A stretch of 64,000 nt of DNA from Fistulifera solaris (taxonomy: Eukaryota), in the NCBI GenBank assembly GCA_030295235.1, contig AP026127.1, positions 744,001-808,000 on the forward strand, in the 5' to 3' direction. Made by a program: the position numbers and the translations under genes. This document shows, piece after piece, positions 1-12,100 of this stretch (its first letter is position 1; each line of letters opens with the position of its first letter). The notes under the pieces are model-generated. The model did no database searches and had not been told where the DNA came from. It saw nothing but the letters and a program-made list of their open reading frames with translations.

Positions 1-678
1 CACATAACCACACTTGTAAATATGCTATGCATCCTTTCTCTCTCTAGAATAGCTGAGCTTATCAATCATGCGACTCCTCAGGTTGAAATTATCGAGGTTG
101 AAACGTAAAACGGATGGCGGCGGAACAAGCAAATTGAGCAATAACGCCGGGATTTGCTTAGTCGTGGCTCCCACTAAATCTAAATCTAAGTCGCCGCAAT
201 CACAGAGATTATTCATCTTGTCTGGTCGTAGCTTTGATCGTTCGTGATATTCATGATGATGACGTTGTGAGAGCACGTGGAACCTGGAACTTGATTATTG
301 TTTGGCGTCCGCGCCGAGATCCGAGATCCGAGATACCCTGTACGTACAGTAGTACGCTAAATACGAAGTCCTATGTATAGCATGAAGTCATAAGTCCACG
401 GTAGACTACAAAGTATAGGTAAACTAAGAACTAAGAACTATTATTATTTCTTATTTGTTTCGTTCCCTGCTGTTCTCTATTTTTATGATCAAGAATCATC
501 GACGGCCTTAGGCCTTAGTGACTTTCTAAGATTGGCAATAAGCTTATAAAGTACAGGCAGTCTTGGCTATTCTCCCAATAAACTTTCATAACGTGTTTGG
601 TGTTTGCACATCATTCTCTGTTTTTTGGCCTCGTTACAATTTCGAGCTCATAATTTTCACAAACCAAAACTTGCAACC

Positions 679-1496
679 ATGCTCTTTCGATCCAGTCTCG
701 TTGCTGCCCTTTCGGCTAGTTTCCTTCAAAGTGCTGCCGCTGAAATCACGACCGACGTCGTTGGAAAAAGCGGAAAGATCAAGATCTTTGACTCTGCCGG
801 AATCCGAGAGGACCGAAACGCCATCATGATGACCATGGACTTTCTCTACGAGTTGGACGCCGACGAGAAAATTGTTGGAAACCAAGGCTCCCAAAAGCAC
901 GGTACCCAAACCTTTGCCAACCAGCAGTTCACCTTTTCTGATGTCGAAGAGGTGACCTACTCCAACGTCACGGCTGATTACTTCTCCTTCGAGGCAAAAG
1001 TGTACGAAGCCGGTTCCATTAAGGTTGAGACGTACGTCTTCCGTGAAGATGGTGTCATCACTACCAGCGCCGAAGAAACGTTTGACGTCTTTGCGGGTGA
1101 CTTTAAGTTTTCCATTGAGCTCATTGATTGGAAGTGGTGCAATCCTTGCGACAGCAATGAATACGGCGCCTTCGTTGACGTCGGTATCGAGTTGAAGGGA
1201 AGCAAGGCCGAGCCGTCCGAAGAAGACCTCGGCGGTGGCATTCCTGTCATCTTGTCCAGTAAGATCTTGGCCGATAATGTCGTAATTGACATGCCCGCCG
1301 GATACCCTAAGATTGTCTCCAAAGATGCCTACGACTTGGATGGAGATGGTGTCGAAGACGGTGATGGCGACGGCAAGAAGCTCTTTATCTTCCGTTTCCC
1401 CAAGGAAGGGGATGCTACCCTTACGACTATGACCCGATCATTCGTACCAGTGGGGACACCTGCGGCATCTTCTGCCGTGCCCTTCCTTGCTTGTAA
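679..1496 (+). CDS. Secreted acidic protein resembling coral skeletal aspartic-acid-rich proteins (SAARP/CARP4 family); probable frameshift near 1420
   Basis: ATG 679 with signal peptide MLFRSSLVAALSASFLQSAAA. Motifs GKSGKI, KHGTQTFANQQFTFS, FKFSIELIDWKWC, FIFRFPK. The shifted frame gives YDYDPII...CL* (TAA 1494-1496), matching the family's terminal FRFP...YDP motif. Confidence 0.65.
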
Positions 1497-1581
1497 AAGC
1501 CCGAGGATGGATTCATAAGCGCATAACTTTACACTACAATAATAAAGGCCAATTATAATTATACAAATTATCGAATCCGTT

Positions 1582-3353
1582 TCAAGTATACCGTGATGCT
1601 TCGTGCAGTTCCAACTCATGTCCTGTGCTGTATTCGTTTGGGAACATGTGCTGGTACTCAGACCCACCCGTCAGTCTCCTCACTCGTTCCGTTAAAATGC
1701 CAAATTTACCTTGCCGAATCACAAAAACCGATGCCACAAAGCCGGCGACAAAAATCCAAAGTAATTTACAAAACGCCCCGCAAGTTGCATTCGATGATTC
1801 TCCGCCAGTTTGAGCAGGATATTGCTTCTTCTCTTTCGTAGGTGCAGTTACTGGCGACAGCGGATTCACCGGAGCAGCTACGGGTGAAAAGTTCGGCGGA
1901 ACATTGCCCGATGGGGCAAAACCTTCTTTTCAACAAGATGAGTGTAATCGCAGTGGCTTTCTGCCCATCCTACTCGGTGGTTCTTTGCGTCAAACAAAAC
2001 ATCATGCCCCATGATCGCGTTTGCTCCCAATAAGCTACCACTTTGTGGAGGCTCTTCCATATTAAAGCGAGCATAATAAGCACCTGTTGCTTCACTTAGC
2101 TCCATGTAATGGGTTGGAGGAAGTGCTAAGAGCACATCGTACGGGTGTTCGGGGTCAAGGTTTCCAGCCAGACTGACAACTTTATTGGGGTCGCCGACTT
2201 CTTTGTTTAGTTCAATAGCACCCTGTAATTGGAGAATAATTGTGGGCAATTTCTGAATCTGCTCGTAGCTTAGATAAACTGCTCTGTTGTTGTACGCTGA
2301 CCCCGTCACGGACTTCCATGCTTGCTGAAACGGTTCCGCGAGTTTGCTCGTAAGGTAAGTATCTGTAGTTCCTGACTCGATTATGACAGGGCCTTGATTG
2401 AGAGCTTCTTCCGATACATCGACTTGTATAATTTTTAAACTGGGGTCGGTTGAGTTAATAGAATCACCGCCTCCTCCCTCTCGTAAATATACTTTTCGTA
2501 TCAATACACCATAGCTTCGTCCCCAATCCTCATCGTGAAAAGTAAACACCATTGGGGTCAGGTGCAAACGATCATCGGTGCCACCTAATGTCATGGCTCC
2601 TGATTCAGTACCGCTTCGGTTCACATGCGGCTGACGAGAATAACACAAGGAAAACTTTTCCTCTTCCATCATGTGCGCTTCGTACATTTGATGCCAGAAG
2701 GATTTGTCAGAATTATCCATTCCCAAAATACCGTCCGCCAGTTGCTCAATGAAGAGTCCCGTGATGGAAGTTTGACAGCCAAACAACAAATCAAAAGCAA
2801 AGGCAACCGCGTGTTCCGGATCTAAATCGTCGTGTCCTCCGTCATCCACACTGATGGGCCTATTGTGCAAGCCGCCAATGTAGCAGTGATCCAAACTTTC
2901 TTTCGCTCGCCAGCTCGAACCCTCCATGTACGAGACCCCAAACTGACAATAGCACTGTTTCGAAGGATCATCGGACGATTTGGTTCCCAGAAAACATTCA
3001 TCACAACTGACTTGGCGGAAGGAAATCGAGTTTTCTTCTTGAAAGTAATTGTCAACATGATAATCGATGCCACAATCATGACAATCGGAACAGGGAAAGG
3101 CTGTACCAGGGCCTCCGGTATTCAGAATCACCGTTTGTCGCTGTGGGGGAGTTCCGCACCATAAATCCACGTAGTGCGTACCGTACCCTTGGTAGAGGGC
3201 ATCCACTTGCGTGGCATGGCCTTCTTCTTCGGCCGCAGATGTTTCCCCGTCGAGTCGCCGGTTTCGCTGTCGAATGACGTGTTCGGGGAATAAGGGAATC
3301 TGCACGAGACCAAGAGCCAAGTGTAAATGAAGAATGAAGAGTGTTACAAACAT
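1582..3353 (-). CDS. A1 pepsin-family aspartic protease, plasmepsin V-like, with C-terminal TM helix; both catalytic Asp substituted; frameshift ~1930
   Basis: Signal peptide; YQGYGTHYVDLWCGTPPQRQTVILNTG, SYMEGSSW, FGCQ..ITGLF..QLADGILG, FSLC, VIIESGTTDTY, LGANAIMGHDVLFD..NHRVGWAESHC. The C-terminal hydrophobic helix lies in ORF 1582-1869. Confidence 0.85.
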
Positions 3354-4424
3354 TGTGCGACGAAACGTGATTCGGTCAGTTGGCGATAAGCAAAGAAGTA
3401 ATTAGCTTGCAATTGATCTCTCCAATATCAAAGTCGTATTCCCTATGAAATCAAGCAACGGTATGGGCAGATAGGAAGAGGATGTTGAGAATGAAGTATG
3501 AAAGAATGTTCGACAGCATCATTAACGATCGCATTTCAAAATTTTCGGCTGCCACAGAAAAAAGATCTACGCGCACCTTATTTTCGTCGCATAAGTGCTT
3601 GTGAGACCTACTTCATAGCTGGTAAGGACTTTCAGCTCGAGTGAATTAGTACCGGTACCTCGGTCTCGGTTTAGGGTCCGGTTTTGCCTTGGCCGATTTA
3701 CTGTAGACGTAAATGTACTGTAGCTTGTACCGGCAGGTTCTACGCCTGTACGACTGATGTGCAGTCACGAACACTTGAAAATTGAGCACTTTTACCAAAT
3801 AATAAAATCCTAAATATTTATTCCTACTTTTTCTGAAATGCGGATGCTTTTTCGACATTTGACTGAATTTTCCACTGGTTTTTCTCTTTTGGCACAAATA
3901 TTGTTTTTTCTTTCTTTCAGGAACTCCGATTTCTGAAGCACTTTTACCTCCTACCTTGGCTAATTCTACTAGCTGGATATTATTTACTTGATATTTACAA
4001 TATTCAAATACTTTAAACATGACCTTGCATTGCAATGCACGATTTTCGTGTTGAAAATCCGATTTGTTGTTTTCGTAGATCACTATAGGCACAAAGTGTT
4101 GATTAAGGGACTTCACGACTGTATTTCAGTCAGGAAGCACCATCCTGGGAGACACGGGAACGCACCTCTGCTTGGTACATTTTTCTACGGGGAGCCTACG
4201 TGAGTGTACACTTTTTCCCGAACCTTCCTGCATCTTGCCGAGCCGAACTGCGATTTGACATTAAAGCTTCGGTTCAAGACTAGCGGATAAGGCAAGGAAA
4301 GAACATACATAATGCCATTAGATCGTTTCAAATGACATTCAGAGCCAACACACCATTTCACCAATGCAAGAATTACAAAGTACTTAATAATTGCATCACA
4401 ATACTGAGATCGCTCTCTTACTAT

Positions 4425-5314
4425 TTACAATCGCGCTTTATGATTAGGCGGTCGTTGTTTTCCGTTTGAGCCAATTTTCAGCGACTTGGCTGCTTCTAAC
4501 GTGTGCCCATTATCAAATCGTTCGTCTAAAAGGACTAATTCTCTTCGACAGACTTCTTGTAATTGTTCTTTTCGTTGACCACCACGAATGAGACGTACGA
4601 AATAAGAGCTCGTGCGTGCACCCAATGGCAATGTTAAAAGACCGCGGTCCATTTCTGTGCATAGATTTTCAGCCACGTTGTTGGTATAATCGAAGGACGT
4701 CTTGTCATTCGTTTGGTTCGCTGGCTCAACTACTCTCGAAATAATATTGTAGTTGTAAGCCGTGGTGGCATCAATCTTTTTCCTAGTAGCAGCAGCTCAT
4801 TGCCTTTCGAGAGACCCATACTTTCTCGAAAAGTCACGGACGAGCACAGCTCTGGCACCAAAGCTAAACGAGTAAAGGGTGCCCAAAATGTGGCATCATT
4901 CGATGCGTGCACCAAATCGCAGTGCATCAAAAGTGTCACAGCAATCCCCACCGCTGGACCTTGTACCGCCGCGGCAATGATTTTCGGATAAGCGATCAGT
5001 GCCATCATGAAACGACCGGCCGGTTTTTGCAACGTCCGTCGTCCTCCAGCTTCGGGGTGAAAGTTTCCGTTCTTGAGATCCGCACCGCTACTGAAGTATT
5101 CCCCCGTTCCAGTCAAAACGATAGCAGCGACCGAGTCATCATTAATTGTGGCTTTCATCAAATCAATCAAATCTTCGTACATGTCATCATTAAAAGCGTT
5201 CATGGAGCGCGGACGGTGAAGAGCCACCAGCAGAATTGATCTTTGTTTGCCGCGGCGGCCAATTTTGAGCGTGCCCCGTCCGAAAAGAACTGTTGAATTG
5301 CCAGAAGCGATCAT
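4425..5314 (-). CDS. Peroxisomal enoyl-CoA delta isomerase / crotonase family (ECI2-like); frameshift ~4780
   Basis: RPRSMNAF, LTGTGEYFSSGADL, PKIIAAAVQGPAVGIAVTLLMHCDLV, PFTRLALVPELCSS. Ends in the PTS1 tripeptide -ARL. Confidence 0.88.
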
Positions 5315-5974
5315 GATTCTTTGCGGAAGTGTCAAGGAATTAAGCTGAAGGTGTAGTTTTGCAATGCGAAATGCAAAGGCTGTGTCCGTAAAAGGTTGCG
5401 TCGTGTGGAGGACGATCTAGATTTTTTAATACTACATAAGTAAAGAACTCCGCCGTGTCGCTCCGGGTCCTGTGGAATGATTAGTATCTAGTTCCACTAA
5501 GGATGAGTTATTCTTTGGCATCGTTCTCAAAGATCATTATTCATTATAGTCAAAGTTCCACAAGCGTGCATCTTGTTCGTGCTCCCCTTTGTTGCCCTAA
5601 CTCCTGCGCATCATTCCAACTTCCTTCAATTATTACAAGTCATCTCTCTTCGCCATATTGGCTTTGATCTGTTTGTAGTAACTGTTCTATATCTTTTAAC
5701 AAAGATATGCTATCCTTGGATAGCTTTTTTGTTATACTATTCTTTGCAAACGGGAGGAACCCGCTGCGCTTGCGCAGTCTCCTCCACGCATGGTCTAGGC
5801 ATTTCACACACCGCCCTGACTGTGCAACCCCCAAATCCTAATTAAATCCCTTCACCTCCACCCCATTCATTATCCCCCATTAGATTTATCCCCTCCTACT
5901 CATGTTGCAACAATCTTGCTTCCATGTACACGTACATTGTATCTACAGAACTATTTCTCTAATATAGTTTCTGT

Positions 5975-6526
5975 TCACTTTTGCATCATTCCTAGCACCA
6001 ACTTTTCAGCCATGAAGGAGAAAACTCTATCCCAGTCTTTGCGTAATGTTTCAGTAAAAATCGACTTTAGGATAATTCCCAGGGCCACAATGAAGGCGTT
6101 TCCCATGATCGCAAAATGTTCCGGTTGAGCACCGTAGGCCAAGTGACGTCTACCTAGATCCAAGAGAATCTCTTCCATGGCTTCAAAGTCGGGTCCTAGA
6201 AAGTTGACAGCACAGTCAATCATATCGACAATACGACGAGCGTGTTGGACGAAATGAGGATTGCTACTCCATTGCTCCGCAAAGTCGTCACTTTCATTTA
6301 AACCGAAGATTCTACGAGTGGCGGGGGCATCTTCGAAAAGGCTTTTAGTTTCGACAACAAATGTTTGAGAAACTGGTTGAAAGCAAGCGCACTCTCAATC
6401 GACATTTTCTCTAGCTCACCGTTCAAACATTAACTTGACGAGAATATCATATTCCTTGGATCGCTTTACGGAATCCCATGCTTGGGTGACGTTTAGCACC
6501 ATCGAATATGTGAGATCGGTGCTCAT
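5975..6526 (-). CDS. Single-domain 3/3 globin; two exons (intron 6342-6419)
   Basis: Spliced: MSTDLTYSMVLNVTQAWDSVKR...LMFER|LFEDAPATRRIF...FVQHARRIVDMI...LGRRHLAYGAQPEHF...W. A12 Trp, C2 Pro, CD1 Phe, E7 His and F8 His are present; intron GTGAG...AAAG. Confidence 0.88.
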
Positions 6527-7098
6527 GGTGGTGATAGATTCGATTGAATTATGAAGCCAGGAATATCAAGCGAGTTTTCGGACGAGCTAAAGTGTCTGAC
6601 AACTGACTTCATCAAAACGAGAGCCCAAGATTTTTTCTTTCTTCGGCTTTAGGTCTTTGGTGTTTGTTAGTGTCCCGATTCCCGATTTAGTTTTGATAAC
6701 GCTGTTCCTTACTAATTTCGCGTGCACTACAAACACATTGCAGGAAAGCATTAGATTTCAGAAGCTTATTGGGAAATTTGAAAGAAATTTTGAACGCATA
6801 GTTCCGTACGTCAAAAACGCTTCACTGTTTTTGCTCTCTTTGGATCGTCTGTTTCTTCATCACGAGTTCTCGTTTTGGTAGCCGATTCGCATTGCGCATC
6901 TCGATCATCCGACATATTAGCCTCGGAAAATACAGGAATTCGAATGAAGCGGAGTATTTATGGTATCATCAGATCTTAGAGGGTGGTCTATCGGTATTTC
7001 AGCAAGCCGTAAAACGAGAACATCTTGTCGTGAGATACGACCAGAAAGCAAAATGCGTGAGGCTGGTCAATCGTTGGTAATTTTCGACAGCACTCTTC

Positions 7099-7887
7099 CT
7101 AGCTATACTTGGACTTCATGGCATCACTCATTTTCAACAGTTGCATCCAATGATCGACCACCTGTTCCCCCTTTTCCCTTAATTCATCCACACCAGCGTA
7201 CGTTAGGACTTGCCGTGAGTGTCCCGCTAACACAATCAAAGTCGGAATCTCTCGTTTGCGTGCAATTTTCAACGCCGACATTTCTTTCTTCGCACACGTT
7301 TCGAAGTGTCGCTTAATATTGTTGCGGTCTGGGGAATCGAACGGGACGGTCATCCAATTTCGGCGAATGTATTGTTGCATCTCGGCGTCGTTGCGATCGG
7401 AAGATACAAAGACCAACGATAGGTCGTGGAATTGTTCCAGAGCCGAACTGTCGCCATTTGGCGGAGGTAGTAGTAAATCACCGAGTTTCTCGTCAATCAT
7501 TTTCGTGACAGGAGTTGACATCGGACACCACGATGCAGCGAAGTAGAGAAGGACAATTTTAGAATTTTGCAGAGCATACTGCAGAGATGAAAATTGATCC
7601 AGTGGTTGGGCATTCTCGTATAAAAGGGCACTGGAATATGTCTCGACTACTGCAGTGCGACTACTTAGCATTCGATGCAACACAGCGACAGTCAGAGCTA
7701 ATGCGAAAAGCAGCCCGATCCATTTGAGGCGTCGTCGTGCATCGGAGCTGCGTCGTCGTTGCCGACGTTCACCGACACGCCGTGAGGTTGCTGCACTCGC
7801 ATCTTGTGCTGTCATGGGTAAAGTAGCACGCTGATTAATTCGTTGCTGCATTTGCGTTTCATTTTTGTTCGACGAGTATTGGGTCAT
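7099..7887 (-). CDS. Membrane-anchored thioredoxin-fold protein (nucleoredoxin/tryparedoxin-like) with WCPMS site
   Basis: Basic N-terminus plus TM helix (WIGLLFALALTVAVL); IVLLYFAASWCPMS, LVFVSSDR, W..VPFD, IPTLIVL. Confidence 0.8.
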   Translation of the reverse strand: MTQYSSNKNETQMQQRINQRATLPMTAQDASAATSRRVGERRQRRRSSDARRRLKWIGLLFALALTVAVLHRMLSSRTAVVETYSSALLYENAQPLDQFSSLQYALQNSKIVLLYFAASWCPMSTPVTKMIDEKLGDLLLPPPNGDSSALEQFHDLSLVFVSSDRNDAEMQQYIRRNWMTVPFDSPDRNNIKRHFETCAKKEMSALKIARKREIPTLIVLAGHSRQVLTYAGVDELREKGEQVVDHWMQLLKMSDAMKSKYS

Positions 7888-9148
7888 GCGGTCATCGAGA
7901 ATGAGACGAGCGCGAAAAGCGAGGTCGAGCGTGTTGCGAGCACACCGTCGCGTCGTGACGTTTATTCGTGATTCACACTGGTATCGAGTCCTGGTCTCCT
8001 TTACCTTACTCTAAATAATAATGTACCTGGTAAAGTCCCGGTAGTCTAGAGGGATTACTGGTAAAATCATAAACACAAACATTTCATAAATAATTACTGG
8101 CTGTTTTCTGCTCTGCATGGCTCTTTGAATAATAACAAAGATAGCGGTTTTCAATCTGTTGCCCTTGTCATTCAAGAATTAGAAACTAAAAACTATTGAC
8201 GAGCAATTACATCTACATTGTGGCGGCGGGTCTAGCTATACTTTCTTGGCCTGGTGTCGCTTCCAAAAGCGGCCTCATTCTGTAAATATTGGATGAGCGA
8301 GCGAGGTGCGCAAAGAGGACAGAGACTTTGCATTTTGACTGAAAGACTTGTGTATAAAGCAGGATTCATTCTTGATTTGGGATTTGGGATCCTCGATCCT
8401 CAATCCGACCTTTCTTTATTGCTCTCCAAAGTTCCGGAGCTCGGATTGGTGATTAATGATTGACAATGAATCGGTTCGTGGCTCGTGGCTGGTCGTAAAA
8501 CCTACCCTTCGAATAACCAGTGAACATAATAGAACAATAACATTCGTGAGTCATTGATCACTGGTTACTCGTTGGGTCTGTAGCTTTGACTCTAAAAATG
8601 GTTGTAGCATCAACTGATCACTGTGAATAGTCACTACATTTTATGCCAAAGGCCCAAGCGCGGTAGCTTCAAGCTGCAACGTTGCATGACCATTAAAGAA
8701 CGGGGAATCGAGAAATATTGAAGAAAATAAGAATAAGGAATCGTCAGGTGTCATAGTTTTTGTAGTCTTATGCAGTAGGCCAGCCTTTTACATTAGCCAT
8801 TAACTTCTGGCTTTTGGCATCCTCCTTACTCTACATTCATTATAGCCACCTTAACCAGCGAACTTTATGACTATTAACTCCTCTAGAAACGGTCAGAGAG
8901 ATCGCCATACTTAACTGTACAGAACTATGATTCAGCGGTCAGCGGTCAGCGTCCAACATCGAACATTTTTGCCTGCGACTGAGAGCTAAACGCTCTTTCG
9001 CTTCCGGCTTTTGAATCTCTCGTCGGCATCCAGCGTTCACCCTTTTATTCACTTTTTGCTAAAAATTGGTCTTTGTTAGCAGAGGTGCGATTCACATCAA
9101 ATTGAAAAACGATCTGCTGTTTGCCTTGTGCTCTGATCAATACGAAAA

Positions 9149-12100
9149 ATGAAAGGAATAACATCAGTAGTTGCAACGATCTTCTTGCTCAATCTCGCTG
9201 CTCATGGGAGCGCAAACAGTCTTCCTTCTGAATGCCGCAATACTACAGCACCAGCACCAGAACCCGAAGAAGAACCATCGTGCTTCGCCGAGAACGAGAT
9301 CTGCACAACGGAAGAAGGCGGTTGCTGCCAAGGTCTTTCGTGCATCGGATTCGGGTTCTTTAAGAAGTGCACTGAACCGCCGGTCTGTTTAACGAGATGG
9401 CAACAATGTAACGGCGACGTCTCTTGCTGCTCTGGATTGAAGTGCGTTATCCGAGAGAGTGGAAATATGGAATGCGACGAGGAACAAATTGGAACGCGAA
9501 CCCTCGAGCTTGTCGAGGCATCGCTGGTAGCAGCTACCGCATCTCCAACAGGGGCTCCGCGAAATTCGAATCTCGTCACGACTCATCCTCCTCCTGGCAC
9601 CAAAGTAGAATTCAAGGGGGCAATCACCTCCGGTGATCCGCATATTACCACGTTTGACGGCTATAAATATGATTGCCAGTAAGTTATAATCATTGTATGC
9701 GAAACACATCATATACCTGAGCTCACACAAGCCTTCAATCCGCCAGGGCGGAGGGCGAAGTTATTTTGGCAAAGTCGTTGGTAACCAGACGTGAAGTGCA
9801 AGCGAGATACAAGCACATGTCAAACAGGAAAGCGATAAGCGTTGGAACAGGCGTTGCCATTCAGGACGAAGGTGACACTCCGCTAATCGAGATTTCGATA
9901 GCCTCATTGCCCGAGACGGTAGGAAACAAAATGGACGAATGCACTCTCCTCTTTTTTGTCGATAGGGTGCAGAAGGATCTGTTTCAAGGCTATGAGGATC
10001 AGAAGGTTGTTGTCAAGATCGCTAAGTCCAGGATAACTGTTACTTACAAAGCCACAGGCATGGAGACAACGATCAACTACACCAGGTGCCGTATGGATAT
10101 CAGTCTGAAAATGCCCCTCACTGACGTCACATATGGAGTTCTTGGGACGCCAAACGGAAACGCGGCTGATGATTGGACGACATTGTCTGGGGAAATCTTT
10201 GCCCCATTGTCGCGAGCCGACAGCATGAGGAAGGCTGGTTACGACTTTTGTGCGCAGCACTTTGTCTTCGAGACCCAGAGCTAAGTCTCTTTACCTACGC
10301 TGAACCTGGCATGGACTTCGACCGATACAATCGTTGCGACCTCCCGTATGGTGAGACTCTTGATCAATTCATAACCGAAGTTCCCCAGTGGGTTGTCGAT
10401 GCATGCGGATCAGACTTGTAAGTATTTGTCATGTTGGTGCCACATATTCCTTAACTTATCTTACACCAACTATTTACCAGGGCATGCATAATGGATGTGC
10501 GAAACGGAGATGTCGAAGACGCCCGTATGCTGCGACTTGCTCGCTTGGAAGCTGCTCAGACTTGCAATCCTACAGGAGGAGAATGCGATGAATCGTCATG
10601 CTGTGGCAACGTTCAGTGTGTGGATTATGGAGGGAACGCAGGAAAGTTTTGTGGCGGCGACATGACGGTAAGTTACTGTCAGGCACATTGTTTCAACTCG
10701 TTCATTCCCAGATCAACTAGCTCTCATAAAAAATTTGTTGCGACGACGCAGTGCTCTCCCGAGTTTGGAAACTGCGCCAGACTAGGATGCTGCGGAGATA
10801 TGACTTGCGTCGAATTAAACGACGGCAGCATGCAATGCCGCAAAGAATTACTTTGCCAAGAGGAATGGATGAGTTGTGGATCCGATAGCGATTGCTGTGA
10901 CGGAACTATCTGTCTCAACAACACAGTCAAAGGTGTGAAACAGTGTCGCAAACTACCTACCTGCATGAAGAATCTCGATGACTGCAGCTTAGTTGGTTGC
11001 TGTGGAAGCTTGAAATGCACCACTCTCTCCAATGGTGCTAAACAGTGCAGAGATCAGCCTGGTTGTTGGCGAGACCAATGGAAGGATTGTTCTGTGACTC
11101 CATGCTGTGACGGCTTGCATTGTATAAGGGAGACAGATGGCCGTAACGTGTGCAAGCGACTTCCCCAGTGCGCAAAACTTGGCTCAAGCTGTCAACATAT
11201 CCCTTGTTGCGAAAGTAACGATGGCCCAACACAATGCATTGAAGTCACCGACTTACATGGAAATACGGGAAAACAGTGCCGCCTTGTACCCGGTGATATT
11301 GAAGTAAAGGTATTTCATGATATGAATGGCAACGGTGTGCTGGACACTGACGAAGTGGGCGTTGAAGGTGTGAAACTTGCCATCATGGAAGAAATCAACC
11401 AACACGGCGTTCAGCGAATTAAGATTTCAGATGATCGTATTACCAATGCCGATGGAATTGTTACTTTTCAAGCCATGCCCAAGGGGAAAAATCTAAGAGT
11501 TGTTGTTGTAGAAGCACCACGTGGAGCAATTCCCACCGTAAAGACGCCCTCAGGTGCGGACCGAAAAATTGACTCCAATCTTCGCAGTGACGGAATGTCC
11601 GATATCTTCAAGCAAATAGGAACAAAATACACTGACACCATGTTGGGATACAGACTTCCTCGTGATGTTGAGGTTCGTGTTTTCAATGACGCAAATGCCA
11701 ATGGTATCCAAGACGATGGAGAAGTTGGCATCAAGGGCGTCCATCTTCGATTGGTTCAATCCAACTACTCAGATATCGCCGATGTCGGAGGGAACGCTCA
11801 TGAGGAACATGTTACCGACGAAAATGGATTGGTTCGATTTCAGAGTGTGCCTCAGAACATGCACATGCGCGTGCAAGTTACCAAAAAGCCCGACGGAGCA
11901 ATCCCAACGCACAAAGACAAAGGTGACAAGCACACGGATTCTGATTTGAATACAAACGGATACACTGATACTTTTTCCGTCGGAGCTGGCTCTGGTGTCT
12001 ATTCAGAGGTAAGAAAGGAAACTTAGCTGCGGTAACCACAATTGCGTGCACTTCCTAACAATTTTTCCATCTTAGACGGACATTGGTTACCGAATGCCTG

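Noticed and set aside
3646..4116. 156-aa minus-strand ORF
   Set aside because: Lys-rich by-product of AT-rich sequence with no recognisable motif.
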